A program made the translations under genes and the position numbers. Shown piece by piece: positions 26,947 to 39,330 of a DNA stretch of 64,000 nt (position 1 is the first letter of the stretch; the number at the start of each line of letters is the position of its first letter). Location of the stretch: assembly GCF_001194135.2 (NCBI RefSeq), contig NC_068984.1:32596858-32660857 (forward strand). Direction: 5' to 3'. The notes beneath the pieces were generated by a model. The model did not search any database. It saw only the letters and a list, made by a program, of their open reading frames with translations, and was not told where the DNA came from. The stretch is from Octopus bimaculoides (taxonomy: Eukaryota).

Positions 26947-27894
26947 ATGAACAACTTCATTAATCTTTTCTCAGAATGTCTTCTTCCTTTCCTATGAGTT
27001 TGCCTCATGTAATACCATAGATCAAATTTGTTAAATATTTTGTTTCATTATTTTTATAATACATAAATAGAATAATTAATACACTATAATTTGGCAGATA
27101 AAGTGAGTTATTTTATTTATGATATATCTATATAGTGGAGTCCTTTTAAAAAAAGTGTAGCAAAAAAATTGCTTGAATTACAACAGGCTTTACAATATAT
27201 AATCACCATTTGCTTATTAGCCAAAATATTAAAATTCAAACAGCTAAAATGAATGAATGTTTATGTAATATCTAAAATAATCTATCTTTTTATGATTTTG
27301 ATCAAGTGATATTATTCCTCTGAAGTTGTTTGGTCTCTATTGAAAATTAACATTTTTCAGAATACGTAATATTAATTCCTAAAATAGGCATAACATTAGA
27401 AATTTGAGATGATAGAACAGTCAATTATATCAACCCTAGTACTTAACTGGTAGTGATACTATTAAATTTAGAAAGATAAAAGATAAAGATGACCTTTGGT
27501 AGGTTTGAAACTTAAAATGTGAAGAGTCGGAGCAAATACAGGAGAGCCATTTTGTCTGATGTTCTAATGATCCTAGCCATAAAACATAAAAATTGTTTCA
27601 ACGAAGAAACTAGCTGGTACCGTCAGCTTCAGTGTGTGATTACTGCATTATTTTGGTGACTCTGAAAGGATAATAATAGAAGTGAACCCATCAGGATTTG
27701 AACTCAGAATATATAGAATCAGAATAAATGCAGCAAAGCATTTTTTTTTTTCTGATGAACTGACAGTTCTGCCAGCACACCATGAAGGACATACCAAAAG
27801 ATTACATTTTGTAGTGAAATGCTCTGTTGAAGATTTACTCATTAGAAGCAAACTTGGAAACATTGACATAGCATTGATAATGGAAATTGTGACA

Positions 27895-28071
27895 GAGATG
27901 CAATCTACCAACTTTCGTAGACAAGGACTTTACAGCTGCATCAAGCAATGGGAGAAGTGTGTCACCATTGATGATAGTTATGTAGAGAAGAAGTAATAAT
28001 TATGCCAAGTTTCATTTATCTCAGTCCTTGGGAAGTGGGTTAGGAGAAATCTTTAATGAACACTCTCATGT
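27895..28071 (+). mobile_element. Mariner 3' end fragment (transposase C-terminus plus probable TIR)
   Basis: FRRQGLYSCIKQWEKCVTIDDSYVEKK* resembles the GI..L..RW.KC....GDYVEK terminus; followed by aaatctttaatgaacactctc. Confidence 0.7.
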
Positions 28072-28863
28072 TATAGCTAGTTAATTCAAAATCAGGATGA
28101 CAAGCAGTAAAATAACTAATAATTCTAGAATTCCTTTTACATTTTATGTATACTTTTGCAACAAAGAATTCTTCAAGTTGTTTTGAAATAAGGTGACTCT
28201 GAGTAGAAATTTTATTATTGATCAAATGCTTGTCCCTCCCAACAAAATCCATGAAATATGAAGAGATAGTCAGTCTCCTCAGACAGAGTCCATTCTCCAT
28301 GAAGACAAGGTTCTTTTATATTCATGATCCAAATAATTTTTTCTTTCATATGATTTTTTATACAATACGAATTTACAAGAGGTAAAAATTATACTTTCAT
28401 TGAAATAACAAGAGAAAAGTTGTACATATCACTATCAAAATGCAAATGGAGTAAAATAAAATCTGAGAGTGACGTAAAATGATATATTGGAAAAGAATAG
28501 AAATTAAGAATGACAAAAATCTGTGGATTCCAGCAAAAATGTGACAAAAGATCTAATGAAGTTTTGAATTGACAAGATTGGGTGAAGTTTTAAACAGGAC
28601 AAATCATAAAAAAATCTTTGGTATCATGGTTCCAGAAATTTAGGTGGAGTTTTGACACGACAAATTCTGCATGTTGAATTTAATAAGGAATTATTGACTC
28701 TATCTCATGATGTCCTTTTGTAGGTTATTCAATTTTACAGCCTTTCTTTTAGGTAAATACCTGTCAGGTTTCCACAGGAGCTTGGGCAAATGTTCACCCA
28801 GAGGACAGCATGTTCACAAGCTTGTATACATGCATATGTACACTCACCCACATACATATTTAA

Positions 28864-28917
<54 letters not shown>

Positions 28918-28931
28918 ATATATATATATAA

Positions 28932-28974
<43 letters not shown>

Positions 28975-29049
28975 ACACACATACACTTATACATACATAC
29001 ATATACACACACAGATACATAGATATATAGTCATATAGTTATAGTCAGC

Positions 29050-29350
29050 AATATGGTTTGCAGTGGACTTTGTATGGACCGGTATGCAGCATTGATACGT
29101 CTCAATAATCATGAAATATTGATGTCTGTTGCTCTGAGAAGAGATCTATATGTGAGTTGTCTCACTTGACTATGTCTTGCTTTCTGGTGTTTTTTCCACC
29201 AGGAACATAGAGAATATATTCTCTTACACCTAAAAACCACAGCTGACCCACGAACTAACAACACGCATACCTTGTGTATGCGTGTTGTGCGTGTGTGTTT
29301 GATTTAGTTTATATACCTCGAGCTGCTTCTAATTCATATTTGAAAATATA
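29050..29350 (+). repeat. Unclassified dispersed repeat, also at 44440-45120
   Basis: gatgtctgttgctc..tattctcttac.cctaaaaacc.cagc.gacc..gaactaacaacac..ttatatacctc.agctgcttcta.ttcatatttgaa shared with 44690-44810 and 44900-45120. Confidence 0.7.
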
Positions 29351-32300
29351 TATATATACATGTATGTGTGTGAGTGCATGTAAGCATGCATATATATATA
29401 TAGATACATTCAAACATACATACATACATGCATACATACATATATACATGCAAGCACGCATACATGCATAAATACATACAGACATACATTTATACATACA
29501 TGTTTGTATTAAGATATGTATGGTAATGTAGCTATTTCTGCATGCTCATAGACATGCAAACATTCTTGTATACTTATGCTATGTATATCACAATTTCAAC
29601 ATCACTTGCTTTTATTATCATTTTGGTGGTGGTGAAGGTGAATGTTAGGTCAATATTTCCAAGGATTGATTCATGTAAGTTCATTCATATATCATGTACA
29701 TAAGCTAATTTATTTCTGAGTGTCACAGGAATTATTTCCTGTTTATAATGAAATCGCCATATATCAATCCATCCATCCTGATAAATGTATCCATTTAAAA
29801 GTAAGGAATTACATTGCATGTGTCTGTCACGCTGTTACTGTAAATCCTTCTTGAGGAAGACTTCTATCACAATGCATTACAAGCAGCAAGTACTTTGAAA
29901 ACACCTAGGTCAGTAAATACACTCACCTGCACACAAAATACATACATATACAAATACACAGGCACGCACATGCACACATACACAACCTCAAATTCAAACT
30001 CTTTTATTTCTTTCTATTATTCTTAATCAAAATCAATAGCATGCTATTGGATATGGCGTGTAGAGGCAAGACTTTGTGTGTATATGCTTATATTTGTGTT
30101 CATATATGTGTGTGCATGTGTGTGTGTGCATGCATGTGTCTATGTGTATGTGTGTGTGTATGCATATGTATATGCTTCTCTCTGTTTAAACACATGTACA
30201 CATAGTACATTAATTATCTCTTTGTGCACATATATTTGGATTTTCCACACACACTCAAGCCTATTTGTTGTGTACTCGCATATATGTGTGTGTGCGTGTG
30301 TGTGTGTGTGTATCTGCCCATGTGTACATTTGTATTTACATTCATATATGTGTTTCTCTATTTATTTTTATAACAAGACTTAAAGGAACCAATGCTAAGA
30401 ATTACTGAAATTTTAGAATATAGAATATATTCATATAATTTCCCCTGGCATAAATGACAATCTGTCAACAGACCAAAAAATTCTTCAATGCAGTTTCATA
30501 TGAATCAGATTATTCTGAAGTTGAAAATTCTATGAAGAAAATTTATTATCTGGACATTATACCAAAATGTATGTTTGTTTTACATGAAGATAATTTTAAA
30601 ATTTGAGACAAAATGATTGCATGGAATTTTATTTAGAACGGCATCTAAGTTCAGCCATTTCATGATAAGTCAGAATTGCACTCTCATTTAAAGGTCAACT
30701 GCAATCATATTATTAACTACAGTTCATCATTTATAAACTTAACAATTTTATAAATATATGTCTAACAAGATTGGATTACACGTTTGTTACAATGAAATTT
30801 AAGCATTTTTCTTCTTTTTGAAGGTATTTAGAAAAAAAAAAAAAATCTTATCTGGTGGCTACAGGTAGTTAACTATTACAGGGGAGACAATCTCTTCTAG
30901 ATTAAGTTAATTTGAAGCAGATTTGAAAGTTTGTAATTTATATGAAAGAGTAAAGAATGTGTACTTAGTATAAACATTTAATAGTTTTTTCAGCACATTG
31001 TGAAGTTCTTAAAGTTTCTAATCATATCATTTTGTATATCTCTATTTGTTTGTGTATTAAACTGCTATTTGGATCAAGCTCACTGGCAAGACAAAGCCTG
31101 CAGCAGTAAAAGATATGAACGAAAAATGGTGAGGTTATATCTTAGGATTTGGGATCACATGACTGACATGATGTGAATGGTCACATCTGATGACATCTTG
31201 GCAGATATGACGAACCAAAACCAGCATAGTAAATAAATATTAAAATTGTAATTATGTCAATGACAACTATACCAAGTTTAATGTGGCCCACAACTAAAGC
31301 AAAATATTTTCTTTCTGAAATTTTCAATCAATTATAAATTAACATTATTTTGATTACTTTAATTTTAAATCTTGTATTGCTTTGAAAATGTTAGAAATAA
31401 AAAGAGTATACATGAAATTATCTTAGATACTTGAAACTAATGTTAATATGAAGAACTTCTCACTATTACATCACCATTAGCTTTCCATTTGTTTGTTCCT
31501 CTTGTGTTCTCCAGTCAAACTCAGATATACATATGCACTGGTTTAAGAAACAACCATTGCAGTTATAATCAGAAGCATTAAAAGCCATATTGGCAAAAAC
31601 ATTTCTCGTGTGAGTATCGAAGATGAAGGGACTTGACAAAGTCATCATCAAGACTTTTTCTATTGGCTAAAACTGGTCAATCAGCATGACTCTTCAAAAA
31701 CTCTCCTCGATGACTACATTGCTAGAAAGAAGTGGTTTGGTTAGATTACGTCAAAGGGAAGCTAGATTTTGAACTAGCTAGTTGTTCTAATGCCCAGTGT
31801 CATTAACATGTGTACACACTCTCTTTAACCCACCATCTCTTTCCCCCTCTCTCTCTCTCTCTTTCTCTCTCACTCTCTTTTTTTTTTCTTTCTCTCATTG
31901 TAGATTACCTTAAAGTGCATTAGCGCAAGCCTAGAGCAAAAACACAAAAAGCTGAACACAAAAATTTTCTCCTAGGGAAATCAAAAACATAAACATTCAC
32001 AAGTAGAAACATGAAAGAATTAATTTGTAACAAAGAATTTTTACCTTATTTGAACACATTTTTATATTTTTGGTAAAAACTATTTAACTCCTGATTGCTA
32101 TTTCTAGCATTATATTCTTTTGAAATTGTTCTCCACAATTTCATTAAAAAGACTGTTTTTTTTTTTTTTACAGAAAAGAACTTGTGGGTGTATAAAGAAA
32201 GGAACTTTCCCTCCTTGTCTATGTATTTCATTGACCATTTTACTTGAAATTCTCTTTTTAACAAACATTAAAAGAATATAAATTGTTATCTTACAAACCT

Positions 32301-32552
32301 TGATGTCAGCAACCCTTCTTTTGGATTTCATGTGACCCGCTTCATGTGATTTCATGCAATGACTCATCATCTTATAAAATATGAGTGTTAATGTGAGTGC
32401 TTTATGTGGTTCTTTCATCTGCTAATCTCCATCAAATCATCAAAAAAGAGAAAAAAAAAGGACACAGAATATGTAGTTTTGAGTACACTATGCTTGAATA
32501 ATATGACGGAATCATTGTGGTTTGACTGTCATTGATTATAGTTTTACTCACT

Positions 32553-32785
32553 CAGAGTTCACACAGACTATTCAAACAAGTTAATATTAAGATCATTGAG
32601 TGATTACTCACTCAGAGTTATCACTCAATGATCTTTGAAGTCATGTAAATATTTGAGCAGGTTATTAATTTTTTTAATGTTAAGTTCTGGTTTCAAGTTA
32701 CTAATTGAAAAGTTATTATATATTTGATGCTTACTACAACAAATACATTAATATTAACTTGTTTGAATAGTCTGTGTGAACTCTG
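32553..32785. repeat. Perfect 38-bp inverted repeat enclosing a second 14-bp hairpin (MITE-like or template-switch product)
   Basis: CAGAGTTCACACAGACTATTCAAACAAGTTAATATTAA at 32553-32590; exact reverse complement at 32748-32785. Confidence 0.9.
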
Positions 32786-33090
32786 CCATATTTGCTGTGG
32801 TTGGTGTCTGCAAAAGAACTAAAGCGACACCCATATCTCTATACCAATATATATGCTTTTAGTACCTAAGGAATTGATATTGATATCATAAATTTGAAAT
32901 AATAATTGCTTATTTATATAAAAAACCACAAGCTGGTAAGAGAGTGGAATGATATTTGAGTAAACACAAGCTGTTCTCAAAAGCCTAAAACTTGTAAAAT
33001 GCATAAACAGAGCTTTAACTGAAATCTAAAGTCAGTTTGTAGATTTGTCATACAAAAAAATTTGATCTATATAATTTATTTTATATTATG

Positions 33091-33505
33091 CGTAGGAGTG
33101 GCTGTGTGGTAAGTAGATTGCTTACCAACCACATGGTTCCGGGTTCAGTCCCATTGTTTGGCACCTTGGGCAAGTGTCTTCTACTATAACCTTGGGCCGA
33201 TCAAAGCCTTGTGAGTGGATTTGGTAGACGGAAACTGAAAGAAGCCTGTTGTATATATGTATATATATATATATATATGTATGAGTGTGTATATGTTTGT
33301 GTCTGTGTTTGTCCCCTGAACATTACTTGACAACTGATGCTGGTGTGTTTACGTCCCTGTAACTTAGCAGTTCGGCTAAAGAGACCGATAGAATAAGTAC
33401 TAGGCTTACAAAGAATAAGTCCTGGGGTCGATTTACTTGACTAAAGGCAGTGCTCCAGCATGGCCACAGTTAAATGACTGAAACTAGTAAAAGAGTAAAA
33501 GAGCA
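33091..33505 (+). mobile_element. Full-length tRNA-derived SINE (family B) with internal (TA)n/(TG)n tract
   Basis: A-box-like TGGCTGTGTGG, B-box-like GGGTTCAGTCCC, conserved core and (AAAAGAGT)n tail; halves recur at 5985, 13905, 36545, 53405 and 61430. Confidence 0.88.
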
Positions 33506-34479
33506 CCAGCTCTTTTATTACTGTTGCTTTCTTGTCTCATAAAGAAGATCAATAGAAACTGTTTGTAACCTTCTCAAAAGCTGCTTCATCTTCGTGTAGA
33601 TGAACGATCTCCAGATGCGTGGCTTATCCATGAAAGTCGGCAACCCCGCTTCCACTAAGTCCTTCAACAAAGAGACTATAATGGGAGGCAAGATTCACGA
33701 TATCAAATGAATATTGCCTTCTCCCATTAATATTGTTCGTTGTGTTGCTTCAGGTTCTAGCAGGCGAGGGAAGAAGTCTTAAGTGAAAACACAAATTCAC
33801 AACCAGTTTATTTACATCATTACACAGAATAAATGATGTGTGTCACTCTCAGTATACCATCTCTAGCTGTGTACATTTTGTTGTATCTCCGTTAACACGG
33901 GCCCATTACCTCTGGAGATATGATGTGTGGACAGGACTAGCCTGGAGCCCAGCCAGCGAAGTGTGTTCAGCAAGCATTTGCGGTGAAGAAGAGATAGAAT
34001 CTGTTTGTTGGGCCCTTATATCCAGTTGGCCATCGTGAGCCTCGTTGTGATGTCGTGCATGGCAAATAGATGCAGGTGAGATCTCACTCCAGTCTCGGAG
34101 ATGGCAATGGCTGTTATATTCAACAGTGCTTCAGTTAAACTAGCTGTCACTGAAAGGTAGTTGAACACTGAAACTGCTACTTGTGACAAATGAGCATTAC
34201 ATACATGGAGATATTTCTCTACTGAACAGTGTTTCTTAAAGACCAGCTTATAAAAGGAAACTGGAATACCAGCTATATGTGAAATGTCCTTCAGAAAGGA
34301 GAAATTTGAATTAGATCAGGATATGGTTAGAATCCTTTTTTGTTTAAAATTTTTTATCATTTAGCCAGGGACCAGCAGCATTCATGACCCTTCTTTTTCA
34401 TAGGACCTTCGAAATCAGTAGCAGAAATAATCCTCCATCAAGTGATTTGACCCAAATTAAAGGCAGTAAGTGGTGGTGT

Positions 34480-34720
34480 TAAACTAGGTGATGGAATAAG
34501 ACTTACCAATATTTATGAAATTAGAATAGAAAGAGTTGAAACAAATATTGATAGATGTCTTGTCTGACGCTCTAATAATTCCACTGATGCACTACCTTGA
34601 ATTTTAGTGAACCCCAAAAGGATGAAAGGTAAAATTAACCTTCATAGGATTTGAATTCAGAATGCAATGAGCTAGAATAAGTACTGTAAGATATTTTATT
34701 CTATTCTCAAATGACTACCA
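34480..34720 (-). mobile_element. Degenerate family C SINE fragments
   Basis: accccaaaaggatgaaaggtaaaattaacctt..ggatttgaattcagaatg matches 48590-48640. Confidence 0.5.
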
Positions 34721-35089
34721 GTTCATTGTTGAACATTATGAGAAGAAGCATCCACATTCTTTATATTCTCTTGACATCATAGATTGGTTATAAATACTTT
34801 TTATTCTCACTGTCATGATAGTTTCAGTAAATTTTCTAAAATAAACTTTGAGTTGAGTTAATTTAGTCCCTTGAGATTCCTTTGTGTTCTGATCTCTTGC
34901 TGAGAATTTGATTGGTGTTGGTTTAAACTTAGTTAATTTGACAAAAATTTTGTTCTTATCACTTGATTCAATGTAGTGTTATATTGTTGTAAATGATTTA
35001 TTTCATTTTACGTGGCGTCATGTTGTATGTCTAACATTCAAAGTAGTTTTGATTGATTTGTATATTTGTTTAGTCATTTAATAGACGTG

Positions 35090-35136
<47 letters not shown>

Positions 35137-35284
35137 NNNNNNNNNNNNNNNNNNNNNNNNNNNNNNNNNNNNNNNNNNNNNNNNNNNNNNNNNNNNNNNN
35201 NNNNNNNNNNNNNNNNNNNNNNNNNNNNNNNNNNNNNNNNNNNNNNNNNNNNNNNNNNNNNNNNNNNNNNNNNNNNNNNNNNNN

Positions 35285-35321
<37 letters not shown>

Positions 35322-36189
35322 TATATATATATATATTTCAAAATGTCATTACATTTATTACACGTTCATATAAACATATAGCTAAGAACACACATGTACA
35401 TAACTATACACTCACGAACAACATAATCTTACACTTACATTGATACATAAACACTCATAACCTCACAATTTCTATCTCTATCTATCTAAATTTATCTGTG
35501 TGTCTGTGTGTATCTGTGTGTGTGTGTCTGTGTGTATCTGTGTGTGTGTGTCTGTGTGTATCTGTGTGTGTCTGTGTGTGTGTGTATCTTTATTTCTTTC
35601 TGTATTTGTTTATCCATCAAAAGAAAATATTGTGTATACTCAACAGATGCAGTCATGCAAGTGATACTGTTGCCAATACCAGGTAATGGGTAATGGCTAT
35701 CAGCATTTTTTCTCACTCACAGACATGGTAATATAATCCTGCAAATTTCATAGCACTCCAAAAACACTTGATTTAAAAAAAAATCTACTGTTTTTGACCC
35801 TTTAGCTTATAGATTAGTCAGTCAAATGTAATGCTTGTTGTTACCCCACATGCATAAGCGAATGCATGCTATTGTAATCACTCATCTTCGTTTGTGTGTG
35901 TGTGTGCAAAATTACTGGAAAATGGCTGAACGGATTTTTGCCAAATTTAGCAGAAATACTCATTGGGTGAGTAGCTCAAACTCATTATTTTGGTTTGATT
36001 ATCTTCAAAACAGGCAAGCGATTCAAACTTATTTTTTTCTTTGTTACACATGCGTAGATGATAAGCAGGGGAAATAACCTCTTGTTGTCGTTTTGATGAA
36101 ATATGAATTCGTCTAAGAATATATCTATTATATTAAATTCAATTTTATCCTTGTCTGTGCATAGAGTATGCATCACTCCTCCACTGCCT

Positions 36190-36376
36190 ATTTTTTTCAT
36201 TTATATTGTCTTCAGTTAATTATGCGTAATTTCATAGCTTAGAGATTTCGATGATTTGATTATTTATTTTTAGAATGACATTTTAGAATAGGTGTAAGAG
36301 GCTGGGACTAGTTGGTTTCAACATAAAACAGAATATTTGGGCTGGATATAGCCAGTTTGAATGCTAAATGGTTAAG
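36190..36376 (-). mobile_element. Possible piggyBac-like MITE end
   Basis: Minus reads TTAA-CCATTTAGCATTCAAACTGGCTATATCC, similar to TTAA|CCCT-type termini; partner end not located. Confidence 0.3.
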
Positions 36377-36544
36377 GACAGGGAAATCGCTGCAATTAAT
36401 CAAGGGGACTATAAGGAATGATAGAAGATATAGTTGGCTTTCTCTAGGCCTTCCTTGAGAAAATACATGGCAAGGAACAGGCCCCTACACATCAAAAATG
36501 TACACGTTAACCAATAGGGTCAATATATACTTTTATTCTTTTAT

Positions 36545-36745
36545 TTTTACTTATTTCAGTTATTTTGATTGCAGCCATGCTGGCACACCGCCTTAGGGGT
36601 TCTTTAATTGAAGCGACAGATCCCATAACTTGTTCTTTGTAAGCCCAGTCTCTTTTGCTGAACCACAAAGTTACAAGGATGTAAACCTACCAACATCGGT
36701 TGTCAGGTGTTGGTGAGGAGGATAAACACAGGCACAAAGACTCGT
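36545..36745 (-). mobile_element. 3' half of SINE family B
   Basis: ttcagtt..ttgattgcagccatgctgg..ccgcc..ctttgtaagcc..cttttgctgaacc..gtaaac..ccaacatcggttgtca. Confidence 0.7.
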
Positions 36746-37740
36746 CCTTAGTCGAAAGACATCTGTTGCTATGTCCTATTATTATTTTTATTGTATTTGT
36801 GTAACAGCGTTCGCTTTTTTTCCGTCCTTGTTTTTGTATATATTCGCTGCTTTCTTTCAAGAAATCTAATGCTCTTAACATAGTTTTTCCTTGGGGCTGG
36901 CCAAATTGGAGCAATATCGAGATTAACCAGCCGAAATTGCGAAGATAATTTTGATCTCGACTGAGGAAAGAAAACTCCGAATGACCTGTCCTTGTTTTCT
37001 TTGTATCGTCTATCTGGATGTTTTGTTGTCTCTTTCTTGTATCACCTAACTGTCTGGATGTTTTGCGTTCTTGTCCCATTTTGTATTATTTATATATATA
37101 TATAGCGGCGTACGTACACTTTGTCTCTTATATGTAAATATACATTTTTCTAAATCTTGTACGACTCTATTTCTGCCTATCAACCCCTTCACCCTCATTC
37201 GTTCATTCCATTCTTCGTTCCTTCGTTCCCCCTCGCTCACATTTCCTTGCCTTCTCTTCTTGCTCATTTTCCCTCGACTTTTCACTTCACTGTGTCCCTG
37301 TCATTTTTTCTCGCCTCTCCTTAATTCTTTTGTCCCTCTGCCTCTATCTTTCTTTCTTCTCTTCCCACGTGACCAGCGTTCGGCCAAGCCTGATCTTTCT
37401 CTCTTAGCCGTCCGTTGTGCGTGCAACATCGTTCGTTATTCCTCCCTGTGCCTGTGAAATCTTGTATCCCTGCCGTAAGGCTTTATTTCCATACACGCCA
37501 GCTTAATTTAATTCGTCCTTAATCGAAAGACATCTCTTGTTATGTCCTGTTATTATTTTTATTGTATTTATGTAACATTGTTCGTTTTTTCCGTCCTTGT
37601 TTTTGTATACATTCGCTGCTTTCTTCCAAGGAATCTAATGCTCTTAGCTTAGTCTTTTTAGCCCCGGGAAAACATCTTTTCCAGCTGGCTACCAACACAC
37701 GACTGTATCCTTATACCTTGAAGCAAGAAGCTAATGTCCC
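36746..37740 (+). mobile_element. Non-autonomous element with about 140-bp direct repeats and pyrimidine-rich core (Penelope pseudo-LTR-like tandem)
   Basis: 36746-36885 is repeated at 37512-37652; C/T-rich interior 37170-37380; CpG-rich relative to flanks. PLE assignment is inference. Confidence 0.55.
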
Positions 37741-39124
37741 CATTCAGCCTTAAACAGTACCTGCAGACCATAGTTTCTGGGTTGTTTCTCTTTATTGGCA
37801 CAGGGTATTCGTTGGCTAGAAGTGGCAGCACTAGGCCTTGTCCGAGGTATATACTTTTAAAGTGACACACAGTCACTGATCTCGTAAAGAGGAAAACAAT
37901 TAGTTTTAATTCTCTGAGTGAGAAATGTATAGTAACAGTGTTACAGAGTAAGATCTATTTGCCAAATTATATATAAATATATATATGCCATGCTTGAGAA
38001 GACCCAGCAAGCCAAATGAGATCGTAGTTATAGCCGATGCAGTGTTGAATGAATCAAAAAGGTATTGTATAGTATAGAGAAGAGTCGCCCAGCTGCAACA
38101 CTGGATGAGATTGTGGTCTTATACTTGATGAAAAGGTCGAACAAGACCTGCTCACCCAAAAAGGTGACTTCAGCCAGGACCTCCTTCGAAACCGTCTCCA
38201 CCAGGTCTTCACAAAATTCTGCACCTTGAATTTCAGTGACATGTGGGTCCTGCTCTCCCAGAACCGAGTGATGTTGCTGAAGAAATCAGCTTCATCTTCA
38301 TTGGTCTCCATTAGGGCTGTCTCTACGACGGTCTCCATAGTGTTCGTTACTGTACTAATCTGGCTGTTATTATACTGATATAGCCAGAACAGGCAAAACT
38401 TGGGAAGAAAGGCAGCGGTCAGCTGGCATTCCAGAAACATTAGACCTCACCTGGGTGTACTCTGTCAGGAAGCCGACATCAGAATCAGTGAAGATCTGCA
38501 GCTTCAGCTATGTCACCACCCTGTGGACAGCTCCTCTATTCTTCTCCAGTAGGTTGTTGAGGACAACAACAGAGTCATAAGTAGAGTTCCATTCGGTACT
38601 GTTGGGAACAACATATCCAGAATGCTGTCTGTAGCCACCGTGCTGTGGCTCTGCAGAATTCCACTGCCTCTGTGCCTTGGATATGGCCTTTCCTGTCGGC
38701 TGACTTGAAAGAAGTGCTGTCAAAAATTGAAGGTATGGGCTGTGCACTTCCTGTCCACTAGCAGGTTTAAGCCCAGGCTACAACACACCACATAACACCA
38801 ACCCACACCACATGACACCACCCCACACCACTCCATGCACACTAGCATTAACCACTTCCCAGCATCCACACCACACACCATTATCTGCACACCCACACTC
38901 CCACAAACCATCATCCACCCACCCACACATTACAAGCGCACACACTTACACACATACACATCCACACGTCAAAGTCACTAGTCCCTATCCACACACACAC
39001 ACACACAAACATACACACACACACTTACAGACTCTCACATGTACACATGCACGTGCACCTTCATTTTGGGGTCCCTAGTACTTTATCATCTCCCCTTCTT
39101 CCTAGCTCTCCTGTCAAACTATTT

Positions 39125-39330
39125 TTTTCCAACCAGTCGCCATGGCTGATCGCTAAATCCACAAGTTTTTTATTCTCTCTCTGTTTATTTCTTCATATTC
39201 CTTTCTGTTGAAGAGTGTAATCTCGAAACGTAAAATACTTTCTCACTTTCCCGAGCATCAAACTAATACACCTGCTTGTTGTTCATACACATGTCTTCGT
39301 CTTTTGTTTTTCTGTAAATTTCAACTAAAT
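39125..39330 (+). mobile_element. Penelope pseudo-LTR-like fragment nested in the hAT relic
   Basis: Contains a hammerhead-like motif and a T-rich tail ending in (TA)n. Confidence 0.5.
39202..39235 (+). ncRNA. Degenerate minimal hammerhead-like motif
   Basis: TTT-CTGTTGA-A-GAG-tgtaat-CTC-GAAA-CGT-A-AAA: A6 changed to U, stem II GAG/CTC, ACGT palindrome, GUA triplet, stem I TTT/AAA. Confidence 0.4.

Noticed and set aside
36961-36995. Hammerhead-like CTGAGGA...TCCGAA
   Set aside because: GAAT instead of GAAA and no stem I/III pairing consistent with a NUH site in this copy
37790-37835. Possible 3' TIR of the hAT relic (TATTGGCACAG)
   Set aside because: Weak match to the 5' terminus, no 8-bp TSD, and another repeat fragment intervenes at about 37985-38045
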